64,000 nucleotides of DNA from Streptococcaceae bacterium (GCA_031254295.1 JAIRUS010000046.1:2973-66972); one strand, 5' to 3'. Positions 46,456-56,209 are shown, counted from the first letter of the stretch. Notes: generated by a model not told the origin, from the sequence alone. Numbers and translations are program-made.

Positions 46456-47004
46456 ATGAAGAAGAATATCTTTCCGCTGACCTTGATTGCCTTAGGTGCA
46501 GCGTTAATTGCGGTTGCGTCACAAATTTCTTTTCCAATTGGCACAGTTCCAATTACTTTACAGACCTTAGCAGTTGGCTTGATTGCGAGCATTTATAAGA
46601 TTCGAGAAACATTTTTGACGATGTTACTTTATCTTTTGCTTGGAGTTATCGGTTTACCAGTTTTTAGTGGAGGAGCGGGTGGATTTGCTATCCTTTATGG
46701 GCCAACGGGAGGTTTCTTACTTGCTTTTCTAATCTCGGGAACATTGATTTCAGTGCTTTTAAGTCTCTTCAAAAAAGGCCTTGTGTCCTTAGCAATTGCC
46801 AATAGTTTGGCAGTGCTACTGACCTTGTTTATCGGGACGATTTGGCTTAAAATTTTTGCAAATATGAGCTGGTCGTCGGCTTTCCTCGCAGGCTTTATTC
46901 CCTTTGTCGCAGGAGAAATTCTTAAAGTTATCGTCATTATCTTGATTACAAGAGCGCTCCTGAGAATCCTACCGAGAGTCAATAATTATTTTAAAAGCGA
47001 ATGA
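46456..47004 (+). CDS. bioY: Biotin ECF S component
   Basis: VPITLQT, GLPVFSGG.GG, GPTGGFL. Confidence 0.93.
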   Translation: MKKNIFPLTLIALGAALIAVASQISFPIGTVPITLQTLAVGLIASIYKIRETFLTMLLYLLLGVIGLPVFSGGAGGFAILYGPTGGFLLAFLISGTLISVLLSLFKKGLVSLAIANSLAVLLTLFIGTIWLKIFANMSWSSAFLAGFIPFVAGEILKVIVIILITRALLRILPRVNNYFKSE

Positions 47005-47141
47005 AAATGCCTTCGGGTATTTTTTTTGTAACTTTTTTATAATTTAGTGATAGACAAGTGAAATATATTGTGTTAATATCTTAAAGTAATGTTAAGTTAA
47101 ATAATTAACAAACTAGAGAATTAGGGGAAATTTTTAGGGAA

Positions 47142-49964
47142 ATGAAAAAGTTAAAGAAAAAGCGCGTGCTTTTATCTCTTGTCTTTGCACTGATTATTGG
47201 GTTTGGGAGCCTATTTGTCAGTCAGGCTGTCTCAGCCGCAAGTCCAGCTATAGCGAGTCCAGTAAAAAGCACGACAGTTCAAAAAGCGCTGATGAGCCAA
47301 ACGGCTGCGTTGCTACAAGCTCAAGCGCAAAGTCAGGCACAGGCACTCGCTCAAAGCACTGTGACAAATAACAGCCAAGTCTCGCCAACAGCTCCCATCA
47401 CAAAGACAGTGGATCCGACTGTCTCAGCTTCCGCCACAGTTGTCAATCAACCTGTGACAGGAGCGGACATTGCAAGTGCATCGGCCGGACAAGACCCAGA
47501 AATCACTAATATAAAAGTAACAGGTGCAGTTGATAACAATGCCACAGGCGCACCTGTTTTTGATGGCGTGGATATTACACTCCAAGCCAATAACCTAACA
47601 CCCGATAATTTCCTAACCCCAGATGGCTTGCACTGGTCGGATAAGACAGAGCTAGTCCCTATCACAGGAACAGCCGTCGGTCAGCTCGATGTGGGAAACT
47701 TTGGCGACAATGGCCCAATCAAACCTGCGACCATCTACAGTATGAATGATAATGACAGTGGTCGATTAACTTATGTCGGACAGACCTTATCAGGAATTGA
47801 CCTCGACATGATTTATACCGTCATCACCAGTGATAAAGACTATTGGGCAGCTAATAGTGGCGGTGCCAGTCTACCTGTTGGCGTGGCCTTTACAGGTGAG
47901 CAAAATACACTAAATAGTACAGGAGACTCTATCGCGGCTTACTACTATGGTGCCAACTCGCTGAGTATGGCCTATCAAATCGTGGCACATGGCACAGATG
48001 TTGAAATGCCAGTTGTCGCCTCCTTTATCACGACAGACATTGATGTGGCGCAGGGAGTAGATACCAACCTCGCCAATCTGATGACGATTATCCCCAACAC
48101 CACAAATCTGAAACAAGACGGAAACATCATCTATGATGCAAGCCCAGACTACGGCCAACTTTACGGTGCATCAAGCTTGCCCTATGGTGGTTATCTGGGT
48201 GTTGGCTTCCAGTCAGAGTTTTACTACAACTACTATGCGCCAGCGCCTGCTCGAGCAGAGGACAGCTATTTCTTCTCCCAAGGTGTGCGTTATGACCTTT
48301 TCGGCAGTGCGCTTCAAGCCCATCTGACAACCCAAGTCCGCCAACAAGTTACCGTCAACTACTATGACCTCAGCGGGCATCAGATTGCCTCAACCGACCA
48401 CTACCAATGGTTTACCAATCAAGACTACAAAGTCCCAACGCCAACGATAGCAGGTTATGGCTTTGTGAACTTCACACAGGACAGCAGTATCGCCAATCAC
48501 CCCGTCATCAACGTCTACTATGACAAGCAGAACGTCCAAGACTACCGCCAAGGCTATATTAACAATGCGGTCTACAACGACGGCACATTTTATACGCCAA
48601 GTGTCAATGTGAACTTCTCGAACTATGGGGATACGAGCTATCAGGTGTCTTATGATAACTATGACCATACAAAGAACTTGGCGACATTTAATTTGTTGGC
48701 GTCAAATCAGAAACCTGTGCCAAGTTCTGGAAGTGTGAGTGGCACAGGTCTGACTGAACAAGAGCTACAGAACTATATGGCAAATAATGGAATTAGTCGA
48801 AAAGATGCGATTAGCTTGCTTCAGTATATGGACGAGGTAGCTAAAAATAATAAAGGCAATAAGAATCATGCGGTAGATAATTCCTTAGCCTATCCGAGCT
48901 ACTATAACGATCCGCTACAACCGAAGTATAATGATTTTTCAATTGGTAAGTATGACAGAAATAATGATGACAAAATAAACAGGATGCTTCAAAGAATGCA
49001 TAGAGGCTCAACACTGGACCTACCTCATCTTGCGACAACTTTAGCCTCCATAGAAAAGAGCGGAGGAAAATGGGACACGACGAAAGGTTGGGCATCTTTC
49101 CCGTTTTCTCTTCGTATTGGTTTTTCAAAACCTGACAGACTTCGACATGGTACGACAACATTTTCTCTTGATTTTGATAAAGAAACTATTTTACAACAAA
49201 ATGGTTTAGTGGGTGATTTGCTTACAAACTACGATAAACCAGAGATTGCGGCAGACTTAGATGCCCTCATCATGGCAAATGACCCTAAATGGTCGAAATA
49301 TCCGATGAATGAGCGACTGAAAAGATACTATAGTCAAAGTCCCGAAGAAATTGATAAACTCCGTCGAAATGAAGCTAAAAAGTTTAAGAAATCAAGTGAC
49401 GTTTATCGAGTAATATTTAGTCCAGGTGGCGTTGGTTTAGCAGGAATGGGTCTTATTAAAGCCATTAAAGGGGGAGATGTAAATAATGTCTTTACTCATG
49501 CGATTAAATCAATCAAAACCGCTTTTAATAATTTAAAAAATAATGCAAAAAATGGCTTTAATATAGCAATAAGAACAGGGCAGAATGTCTTTAATAGTTT
49601 TGCGGAACAAGTCAAAGCCTCAGGAGAAGATATCGGACAATTTGTAGGAGGGACAGTAAGAGGCGCTCAAAGCGCGCTTAACGCGCGCGTTATTGCAAGG
49701 CAACTCGCAGAAGCAGCCCGAAATGCGATGAATTATGCCACTAATGTTGTCTCAACAGTATGGAATGGTGTGACTTCGGTGTATAATAACTATGTAGCCC
49801 CTGTTGTGAATGCAGTAAGCACCGTAGTAAGTCAAGTTGTGCAGGCAGCAGGAAATGTGATACATCAAGTAGCACAGGCTGTCTCACACGCTGTAAATAA
49901 TGTCGTACACGCGATTGGGAATGCGGTAAATGGAGTGGTCAATTGGGTAAAAAATCTTTGGTAA
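47142..49964 (+). CDS. 940-aa secreted multidomain protein (signal peptide, MucBP-like domain, candidate toxin domain, amphipathic tail)
   Basis: Sec signal ending VSA; MucBP-like VTVNYYDLSGHQI...PTIAGY...VINVYYDK; Asp-rich GLVGDLLTNYDKPEIAADLDAL; no LPxTG. Confidence 0.85.
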   Translation: MKKLKKKRVLLSLVFALIIGFGSLFVSQAVSAASPAIASPVKSTTVQKALMSQTAALLQAQAQSQAQALAQSTVTNNSQVSPTAPITKTVDPTVSASATVVNQPVTGADIASASAGQDPEITNIKVTGAVDNNATGAPVFDGVDITLQANNLTPDNFLTPDGLHWSDKTELVPITGTAVGQLDVGNFGDNGPIKPATIYSMNDNDSGRLTYVGQTLSGIDLDMIYTVITSDKDYWAANSGGASLPVGVAFTGEQNTLNSTGDSIAAYYYGANSLSMAYQIVAHGTDVEMPVVASFITTDIDVAQGVDTNLANLMTIIPNTTNLKQDGNIIYDASPDYGQLYGASSLPYGGYLGVGFQSEFYYNYYAPAPARAEDSYFFSQGVRYDLFGSALQAHLTTQVRQQVTVNYYDLSGHQIASTDHYQWFTNQDYKVPTPTIAGYGFVNFTQDSSIANHPVINVYYDKQNVQDYRQGYINNAVYNDGTFYTPSVNVNFSNYGDTSYQVSYDNYDHTKNLATFNLLASNQKPVPSSGSVSGTGLTEQELQNYMANNGISRKDAISLLQYMDEVAKNNKGNKNHAVDNSLAYPSYYNDPLQPKYNDFSIGKYDRNNDDKINRMLQRMHRGSTLDLPHLATTLASIEKSGGKWDTTKGWASFPFSLRIGFSKPDRLRHGTTTFSLDFDKETILQQNGLVGDLLTNYDKPEIAADLDALIMANDPKWSKYPMNERLKRYYSQSPEEIDKLRRNEAKKFKKSSDVYRVIFSPGGVGLAGMGLIKAIKGGDVNNVFTHAIKSIKTAFNNLKNNAKNGFNIAIRTGQNVFNSFAEQVKASGEDIGQFVGGTVRGAQSALNARVIARQLAEAARNAMNYATNVVSTVWNGVTSVYNNYVAPVVNAVSTVVSQVVQAAGNVIHQVAQAVSHAVNNVVHAIGNAVNGVVNWVKNLW

Positions 49965-50575
49965 AAAAAAGAATTCAGTTTTCAACAAGGAAAATCATAT
50001 TCATCTCAGTTATAATGGGGCTTTTCATGTCCTTGGCACCTTTAGCACAGCTTGCAAAAGATAACTTAGCAAAATATTCCGTTTATTATGCAGGAAATTT
50101 ACCCCATAAAGAGGGAACAGACCCAGAGCTTGTGGCGATACTTGATAATCTGGACAAGATATATATTCCGAATCTTGATGAAAGTACACGAATGGATGAT
50201 GATTTCAGTGCAAATCACTATATTTATAGCATTAATAGAAAATATCAATACGTCTTTGATACTTTGGAAATAGATTACAAAGATTCTAACATTGAATGGA
50301 GTATCAATAAAAATGAGAATTCGGGGGAAAAAAAGAGCTATTGTATAGTGATTTATCCATTATCTGATTCAGAGAGAGAGTATTTTGATTCAAGAGGGGA
50401 GCCTACATATGTTTTGGAAAGAGATGGGAGCAAGCATTCTCCAAGCCAGTCAGATTTAAAAGACATTAAGGAAAAACGAGAAATTCTCATTGGAAATATC
50501 ATCAGAACAAAGCAAAAACCAGTAATAAATCTCCAATTCATTTATGATTATTTGAATAAATCAAAGTTTAATTAA
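49943..50575 (+). CDS. Putative membrane-anchored immunity protein, copy 1
   Basis: TTG start overlapping the upstream 3' end; one N-terminal TM; AT-rich. Confidence 0.75.
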   Translation: MGKKSLVKKRIQFSTRKIIFISVIMGLFMSLAPLAQLAKDNLAKYSVYYAGNLPHKEGTDPELVAILDNLDKIYIPNLDESTRMDDDFSANHYIYSINRKYQYVFDTLEIDYKDSNIEWSINKNENSGEKKSYCIVIYPLSDSEREYFDSRGEPTYVLERDGSKHSPSQSDLKDIKEKREILIGNIIRTKQKPVINLQFIYDYLNKSKFN

Positions 50576-50596
50576 TGGAACAGATGGAGTGGTCAA

Positions 50597-51231
50597 TTGG
50601 GTAAAAAATCTTTGGTAAAAAAAGTAAGTTTTCAACAAGGAAAATTGTATTCATTTCAGTCATAATAGGACTTTTCTTGTCCTTGGCACCTTTAGCACAA
50701 CTTGCGAAAGATAACTTGGCGAAGTATTCTGTTTACTATGCAGGAAATTTACCACACAAAGAGGGAACAGATCCAGAGCTTGTGGCAATTATAGATAACT
50801 TAGACAAGATATATATTCCTAATCTTGATGAGAACTCTCGTGTAGTTGATGAATTTAGTGCAAAAAATTATATTTCTTCAAAAAATCGGTTATATCAATA
50901 TGATTTTTTGACATCTAGTATAGATTTTCAAAATGGAGATACAGAATATATTTTGTATAAAATGGAAAATTTCAATAAAACACAAACGACATATGTTTTA
51001 ACAAAAAGGAATAATCTAGGTTCGATAGGCGAGACAATTGGAACAGACGGTCATTTAAATTCCATTTATGAGAATATAAATGACCATGAATATTATCCCC
51101 AAAAGGCAGATTTATTAAAATTTGAAAAAGAAAAAGAAAGTATTTTTGGAAACATCATCAAAGCCAAGCAAAAACCAGTAATAAATCTCCAATTTATTTA
51201 TAACTATTTGAATCAATCGAAGTTTAATTAA
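50597..51231 (+). pseudogene. Immunity-like copy 2, frameshifted in an A7 tract
   Basis: A7 at 50617-50623 versus A8 in copies 1 and 3; adding one A gives 211 aa paralogous to copy 1. Confidence 0.75.
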
Positions 51232-51252
51232 TGCGGTAAATGGAGTGGTCAA

Positions 51253-51375
51253 TTGGGTAAAAAATCTTTGGTAAAAAAAAGTAAGTTTTCAACAAGGAAA
51301 ATCATATTCATCTCAGTTATAATGGGACTTTTCATGTCCTTGGCACCTTTAACACAACTTGCGAAAGATGACTGA
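51253..51375 (+). pseudogene. Immunity-like copy 3, truncated remnant (40 aa)
   Basis: LGKKSLVKKSKFSTRKIIFISVIMGLFMSLAPLTQLAKDD*; homology stops abruptly. Confidence 0.75.
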
Positions 51376-51500
51376 GATACTATGATGCGATATAAACGAC
51401 TCTTTAATTCATTGATGTGTAAGTAATCTATGGAGTAGCCTTGATGTCATCTTAAACTTGTGTATATTTTGCAGATTTCATTAAAAAATGAACTGATTTT

Positions 51501-52238
51501 TTAGTCAGTCCATTTTTTTAATGAAATCTCCCCAGAGTTTAAACAGCGTTGTATCCCATCGTTACAGTCTATGATTAATTCTCCCAGAGGGCTTAGGTCT
51601 ATAGCGCGTCCCTGATAGTTTTGATTATTCTGTGTAAATTCAACAGTCATTCCAAGGATAAAGCAGTGAGATTTGTAGATATCAAGATAATTTTCGCTTT
51701 TTAAGCGATAAAACTCAGACCAAATCTCAGCTATGAGGTCAGACTCAGTAATGTCTGGCTTAGACTCTCCAAAAAGAGAGGTTGCTCGTCCAAGCAAATC
51801 ATCAGGAAATTCTTTGATCTGGAAGTTAATTCCCATGCCAAGTACGGTGCCGCTAGGCCCAGACTCAGCTAAAATTCCGACCAATTTTTTATTGTCTAGA
51901 TAAATATCGTTCACCCATTTGATTAAGGGTTTCTTATCTGTTAATTTTTCGATGGCAGAAACAACAGCCACGGCGGCAAGCAGAGTATATTGAATAGGTT
52001 TATCATTTAGGTCAATTGAACCTAAATTAATACTCATATATATACCGCCAGTTTCTGGGGCGAAATAGTTTCGCCCAAAGCGTCCATAGGTAGCAGTTTG
52101 TCGATCTGTCAAGTAAAGGCTATTCTTTTTACTAGTAGACTTGGCTTCTAGCTGAGTAGAAGGCGTTTCAGCAAGGACAGTCAACTCAGACAGCCAAGGA
52201 TTTTTTTGTGAGATAAAATCTTTATCAAAAGTAGTCAT
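51501..52238 (-). CDS. birA: Biotin protein ligase lacking the N-terminal HTH
   Basis: STQ, QTATYGRFGR, IKWVNDIYLDNKKLVGIL, GMGIN. Confidence 0.9.
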   Translation of the reverse strand: MTTFDKDFISQKNPWLSELTVLAETPSTQLEAKSTSKKNSLYLTDRQTATYGRFGRNYFAPETGGIYMSINLGSIDLNDKPIQYTLLAAVAVVSAIEKLTDKKPLIKWVNDIYLDNKKLVGILAESGPSGTVLGMGINFQIKEFPDDLLGRATSLFGESKPDITESDLIAEIWSEFYRLKSENYLDIYKSHCFILGMTVEFTQNNQNYQGRAIDLSPLGELIIDCNDGIQRCLNSGEISLKKWTD

Positions 52239-52284
52239 GACTTATTTTAACAAAATCGAAGATTTTTACTTCTCTTTATCATTA

Positions 52285-52548
52285 TCATTTTTTGACAATC
52301 ATCTTGATAGCTTGATTGATTTTGTCAAGTTTATCTGGACTTTCGTTGCCGTTGGCGTCAAGCAGGCAATTTTTTAAATTCTCGGCTACAATAAGGCCAA
52401 TGAGTGTGTCAAGACTGGCGCGAGTGGCTGAAAGCTGCGTGATGACATCTGGGCAATCTTGTTCATTTTCCATCATGCGAAGCACGCCATGGAGTTGTCC
52501 TGTTGCACGTTTGAGACGATTTTTCATTTTAACATCGTATTTTTCCAT
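52285..52548 (-). CDS. CsoR/CstR-family repressor
   Basis: NRLKRATGQLHGV...CPDVITQLSA. Confidence 0.9.
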   Translation of the reverse strand: MEKYDVKMKNRLKRATGQLHGVLRMMENEQDCPDVITQLSATRASLDTLIGLIVAENLKNCLLDANGNESPDKLDKINQAIKMIVKK

Positions 52549-54239
52549 TATCTAGTCTCAGCCTCTTTTTTTACCTGTTTCTCAGCTTTTTTTTCTAAAA
52601 GTGCATCGGTCATGCTACTGTAAAGTCCGTAGGCGCCATCAAGATTTTCAACTTCAAAGCCAGACTGTTTCAAAATGCGCTCGGCATTGTAAGAGCGAAG
52701 TCCAGATTGGCAACTGACGATGTAGGCTTGGTCTTTATCAAGCTCAGTAAGGCGCTCGCGGAGTTCATCAAGCGGAATGTTTAGGCTGTTTTTAAAAGCG
52801 CCACGTGCAATCTCACTTGGATTACGCACATCAAGTAAGACTTTTCCTTGAGCGAGTTCATCAGCGAGTTGGTACCATTGAATATTATCAGAGAGCCCCA
52901 AGGCAAGATTCATCGCAGCGTAGCCAATCATATTGACAGGGTCTTTGGCTGAGCCAAAAGGTGGTGCATAACTTAGCTCAAGCTCGGGCAAGTCAAAAAT
53001 AGTTAGTCCGCCTTTGATGGCAGTCGCGATCACATCAACTCGCTTGTCTACACCATTCTTTCCAGTGGCTTGTGCCCCATAAATGGCACCAGACTCGGGG
53101 TTAAAAATCAACTTCAGCAAAATAGGACTTGCGCTAGGATAGTAACCTGCATGATGATTGGCCGAGATATGCACGACTTTATGAAGCCAGCCAGTGACTT
53201 TGACCTGTTGTTCTGAAAGGCCAGTGCTGGCGGCTGTTTGCTCAAAGACGCGCACGATGGCAGTACCGAGAGAACCTCGATTTTTGACATCTAAGCCTGA
53301 AAGAATATCCGCCACTTGTCGGCCTTGTCGATTAGCAGGGCTTGCGAGTGAGATGAGGCTGTCCGCTTTGGTTTGTTCTTGCTTGACGATAATGGCATCT
53401 CCGACAGCATAGATATCTTTTACAGATGTCTCATAGCGCTCGTTGACCAAAATTCCGCCTCGTAAACCAAGCGCGATTTCGGCATCGGCTGCAAGAGTTG
53501 TCTCTGGCTGAACACCGACAGACATGAGAGTTAAGCCACTTGAGATGACTTGTCCGTCATCAAGTAGGATTTCTCGTCCATCATCTTCGAATTGACTGGC
53601 AGAATGTCCGGTGAGAACGCGGACACCATGAGCTTCAAGGGAAATTTGAATAGGCTTTGCCATTTCTGGATCAAGTGTTGGCAAAATATGATCAGCCTTT
53701 TCTATAATTGTGACAGCTAGTCCACGCTGAGTAAGATTCTCAGCCATCTCAATCCCGATAAAACCTGCTCCGATGACGACAGCTTGCTTTACCGTCTGAT
53801 TTTCAATAAAGTGTGTGATTTTATCTAAATCAGGGATATTTCTCAATGTGAAAATATTTTTTGCCTCAGAAAGGCCAGGCAAAGAGGGTAAAATGGGTTT
53901 TGCGCCTGGCGAAAGGATTAGGCTATCATAGCTTTCTAGATAGGTTTGATTACCTGACTTTACGATGACTGTTTTTTCACTCGGATTGATTTTGATAACT
54001 TCAGAGTTTTCTCTGATATCCAAGCGAAAGCGCTGTGTCAAAGCTTCAGCAGACTGAACGATAAGCTGCTCGCGCTTTTCGATCTCTCCAGAAATATAAT
54101 AGGGAAGCCCGCAATTGGCAAAAGAAACATGAGGACCTTTTTCAAAGACGATGATTTCTGCTGACTCCTGAAGGCGACGGAGGCGCGTTGCGGCGCTCAT
54201 TCCACCGGCCACCCCTCCGATAATAAGATATTTAGACAT
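52548..54239 (-). CDS. CoA-disulfide reductase with C-terminal rhodanese domain
   Basis: GGVAGGMSAA, SFANCGLPY, YAPPF, SCQSGLRS. Confidence 0.92.
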   Translation of the reverse strand: MSKYLIIGGVAGGMSAATRLRRLQESAEIIVFEKGPHVSFANCGLPYYISGEIEKREQLIVQSAEALTQRFRLDIRENSEVIKINPSEKTVIVKSGNQTYLESYDSLILSPGAKPILPSLPGLSEAKNIFTLRNIPDLDKITHFIENQTVKQAVVIGAGFIGIEMAENLTQRGLAVTIIEKADHILPTLDPEMAKPIQISLEAHGVRVLTGHSASQFEDDGREILLDDGQVISSGLTLMSVGVQPETTLAADAEIALGLRGGILVNERYETSVKDIYAVGDAIIVKQEQTKADSLISLASPANRQGRQVADILSGLDVKNRGSLGTAIVRVFEQTAASTGLSEQQVKVTGWLHKVVHISANHHAGYYPSASPILLKLIFNPESGAIYGAQATGKNGVDKRVDVIATAIKGGLTIFDLPELELSYAPPFGSAKDPVNMIGYAAMNLALGLSDNIQWYQLADELAQGKVLLDVRNPSEIARGAFKNSLNIPLDELRERLTELDKDQAYIVSCQSGLRSYNAERILKQSGFEVENLDGAYGLYSSMTDALLEKKAEKQVKKEAETR

Positions 54240-54240
54240 A

Positions 54241-54531
54241 TTAGACCAGCTTTCCAGCCCAAGCAGAAGTGCCGCCTAGTACATTGATTACGTCCAAGCC
54301 TTGTGTGGCCAAATATTGGCAGGCTCTCTCTGAGCGAGCACCAGACTGACAGATGATATAGCTACCCGGTTGGACTTCGGAAAGACGCTTTTCTAGCTGG
54401 CTAAGTGGCAGATTTCTAGCCGCTGGAACATGACCTCCAGCATATTCAAAGTCCTCTCGGATATCAAGCAAGATAGCCTTATCTTCTAAAACAATTGCGA
54501 GTTCATCAGTTGTGATTGAGTTCATTTTCAT
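54241..54531 (-). CDS. Rhodanese-like protein
   Basis: LDIRE...GHVP...ICQSGARS. Confidence 0.9.
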   Translation of the reverse strand: MKMNSITTDELAIVLEDKAILLDIREDFEYAGGHVPAARNLPLSQLEKRLSEVQPGSYIICQSGARSERACQYLATQGLDVINVLGGTSAWAGKLV

Positions 54532-54558
54532 CTCCTAAATTTAATTTGATAGTTAATT

Positions 54559-54578
54559 ATATACCCTATGGGGTATAT
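54559..54578. promoter_or_regulatory. CsoR-family operator
   Basis: Perfect IR ATATACCC-TATG-GGGTATAT upstream of the rhodanese operon. Confidence 0.8.
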
Positions 54579-54675
54579 TTTTTGCTAAAATGCTCATTCA
54601 AAATTTTGATAAATTTAAAATGGTTTTTATTTTTAAAAAAATTAAAAATATTTTTAAAAAAATTCAAGTTTTTGA

Positions 54676-54723
54676 TTGACAAATATTTTGGGGAAGACTA
54701 AGATTGAGGTGTAATCGATTTCA
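54676..54723 (+). promoter_or_regulatory. Citrate transporter/oad promoter with cre
   Basis: TTGACA-17-TAAGAT; TGTAATCGATTTCA at 54710-54723. Confidence 0.75.
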
Positions 54724-54756
54724 ATCGAATTCATGAAAAATTTATAGGAGGAAAAT

Positions 54757-56130
54757 ATGTTAACGGTATTGGCTTATCTGATGATTATTGCCTTTATGAT
54801 AGTCATCATGAAAAAATGGCTCTCTCCATTTATCACACTTGTGCTTGTTCCTATTGTCTTCGCAGTCGTTGCGATTTTGACTGGACTCGCTCAATATGCC
54901 AAAGGTGATGATGGTGTCGTCGTTAAGAACTTAGGGACGATGATTATGAATGGGATGTCGGGTGTCGCAGGAACAGGGATTATGCTGATTTTTGCGATTC
55001 TTTATTTCTCTATCATGCTAGATGCAGGACTTTTTGATCCCATCACCAAGCGTATGATTTATTTTGCCAAAGGTGATCCAATGAAAATTCTGGTTGCTAC
55101 AGCGATAGTCGCTGCAGCAGTCTCAATGAATGGTGATGGTACAACGACAACTCTGATTGTAGTTTCAGCTTTCTTGCCCATCTACAAGAAGCTTGACATG
55201 AAAATCATGAATCTGGGTGTGCTGCTGATTCTACAAAATACGATTATGAACTTGCTTCCTTGGGGCGGTCCAACCGCACGTGTTATGGCTGTCATGAAGG
55301 TAGATGCAAAAATTCTGACCTACCTACTTCCCGGTATGATTCTTGCTCTTGTCTATGTCATCGCTTTTGTCGCAGTACGTATGGGACGCCAAGAGCGCAA
55401 ACGGCTTGGGATTTCAACTCTGACTTATCAAGAAATTGATGCCATGCTTGAGATCAAAGACGAAGCAACTTTGAAACTTCGTCGCCCTAAATTCTTCGCT
55501 TTTAATGGTGTTTTGACAATTGTATTGATTGTATGGTTGGTAACAAGTTCATTTGTAGAGGCAGTTGCTGTTCCACCGTCAGTTCTTTTCTTGATTGGAA
55601 CTGTCATTGCTTTGATGGTCAACTATCCAAATCTTAAAGAGCAGTCGTCACGTATTGCAGAGCATGGCGGAGATGCCCTCCAAGTTGTCATCTTGATTTT
55701 TGCAGCAGGTGTTCTTTTGGGACTATTCAGCGGGACAGGCATGGCGTCTGCACTATCAGCCAATCTTGTGAGTATTATTCCAGCTTCTTGGGGTAAAGCC
55801 TACGGCCTCATCATTGCCTTTCTCTCAGCACCAGGTACTTTCTTCCTCTCAAATGATGGCTTCTACTTTGGCGTCATGGCGTCTCTAGGTAAGGTGGGAG
55901 CTTCCTTCGGCTTTACGAATATGCAACTTGCCGTTGCCTCTTTGATGGGACAAGCCTTCCACTTACTTAGTCCACTCGTTGCCTTTATCTATCTCCTACT
56001 TCGTTTGACAGGACTTGATATGGGTGCTTGGCAAAGAGAGTCGGCCAAATATGCATTAGGTGTCTTTGCCATCTTTATTTTGACAGGCCTGATGTTCTTC
56101 GCTGTGCCAGGTCATATGCTCTTTGGCTAG
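54757..56130 (+). CDS. CitMHS-family citrate:metal symporter
   Basis: NGDGTTTT, NLLPWGGPT, SNDGFYFG. Confidence 0.9.
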   Translation: MLTVLAYLMIIAFMIVIMKKWLSPFITLVLVPIVFAVVAILTGLAQYAKGDDGVVVKNLGTMIMNGMSGVAGTGIMLIFAILYFSIMLDAGLFDPITKRMIYFAKGDPMKILVATAIVAAAVSMNGDGTTTTLIVVSAFLPIYKKLDMKIMNLGVLLILQNTIMNLLPWGGPTARVMAVMKVDAKILTYLLPGMILALVYVIAFVAVRMGRQERKRLGISTLTYQEIDAMLEIKDEATLKLRRPKFFAFNGVLTIVLIVWLVTSSFVEAVAVPPSVLFLIGTVIALMVNYPNLKEQSSRIAEHGGDALQVVILIFAAGVLLGLFSGTGMASALSANLVSIIPASWGKAYGLIIAFLSAPGTFFLSNDGFYFGVMASLGKVGASFGFTNMQLAVASLMGQAFHLLSPLVAFIYLLLRLTGLDMGAWQRESAKYALGVFAIFILTGLMFFAVPGHMLFG

Positions 56131-56209
56131 ATGTAGTAAAATTAAAAATGAAAGTGTCGGGGAGGAAACTCACCCGACCTTTCGTATTAAGTAAGAGACG
56201 AGGTAATAA

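Larger units (their letters stand above)
49921..51372 (+). repeat. Tandem ~655-bp units, each beginning with the last ~45 bp of the 940-aa gene
   Basis: ATGGAGTGGTCAATTGGGTAAAAAATCTTTGGTAAAAAAA at ~49930, ~50584 and ~51240. Confidence 0.9.

Noticed and set aside
49921-51372. Repeats as an IS or CRISPR element
   Set aside because: They are tandem gene duplications; no transposase, terminal IRs or spacers.
52285-54578. CsoR/CoA-disulfide reductase/rhodanese operon as novel
   Set aside because: Well-known persulfide/thiol-stress arrangement with a typical operator.
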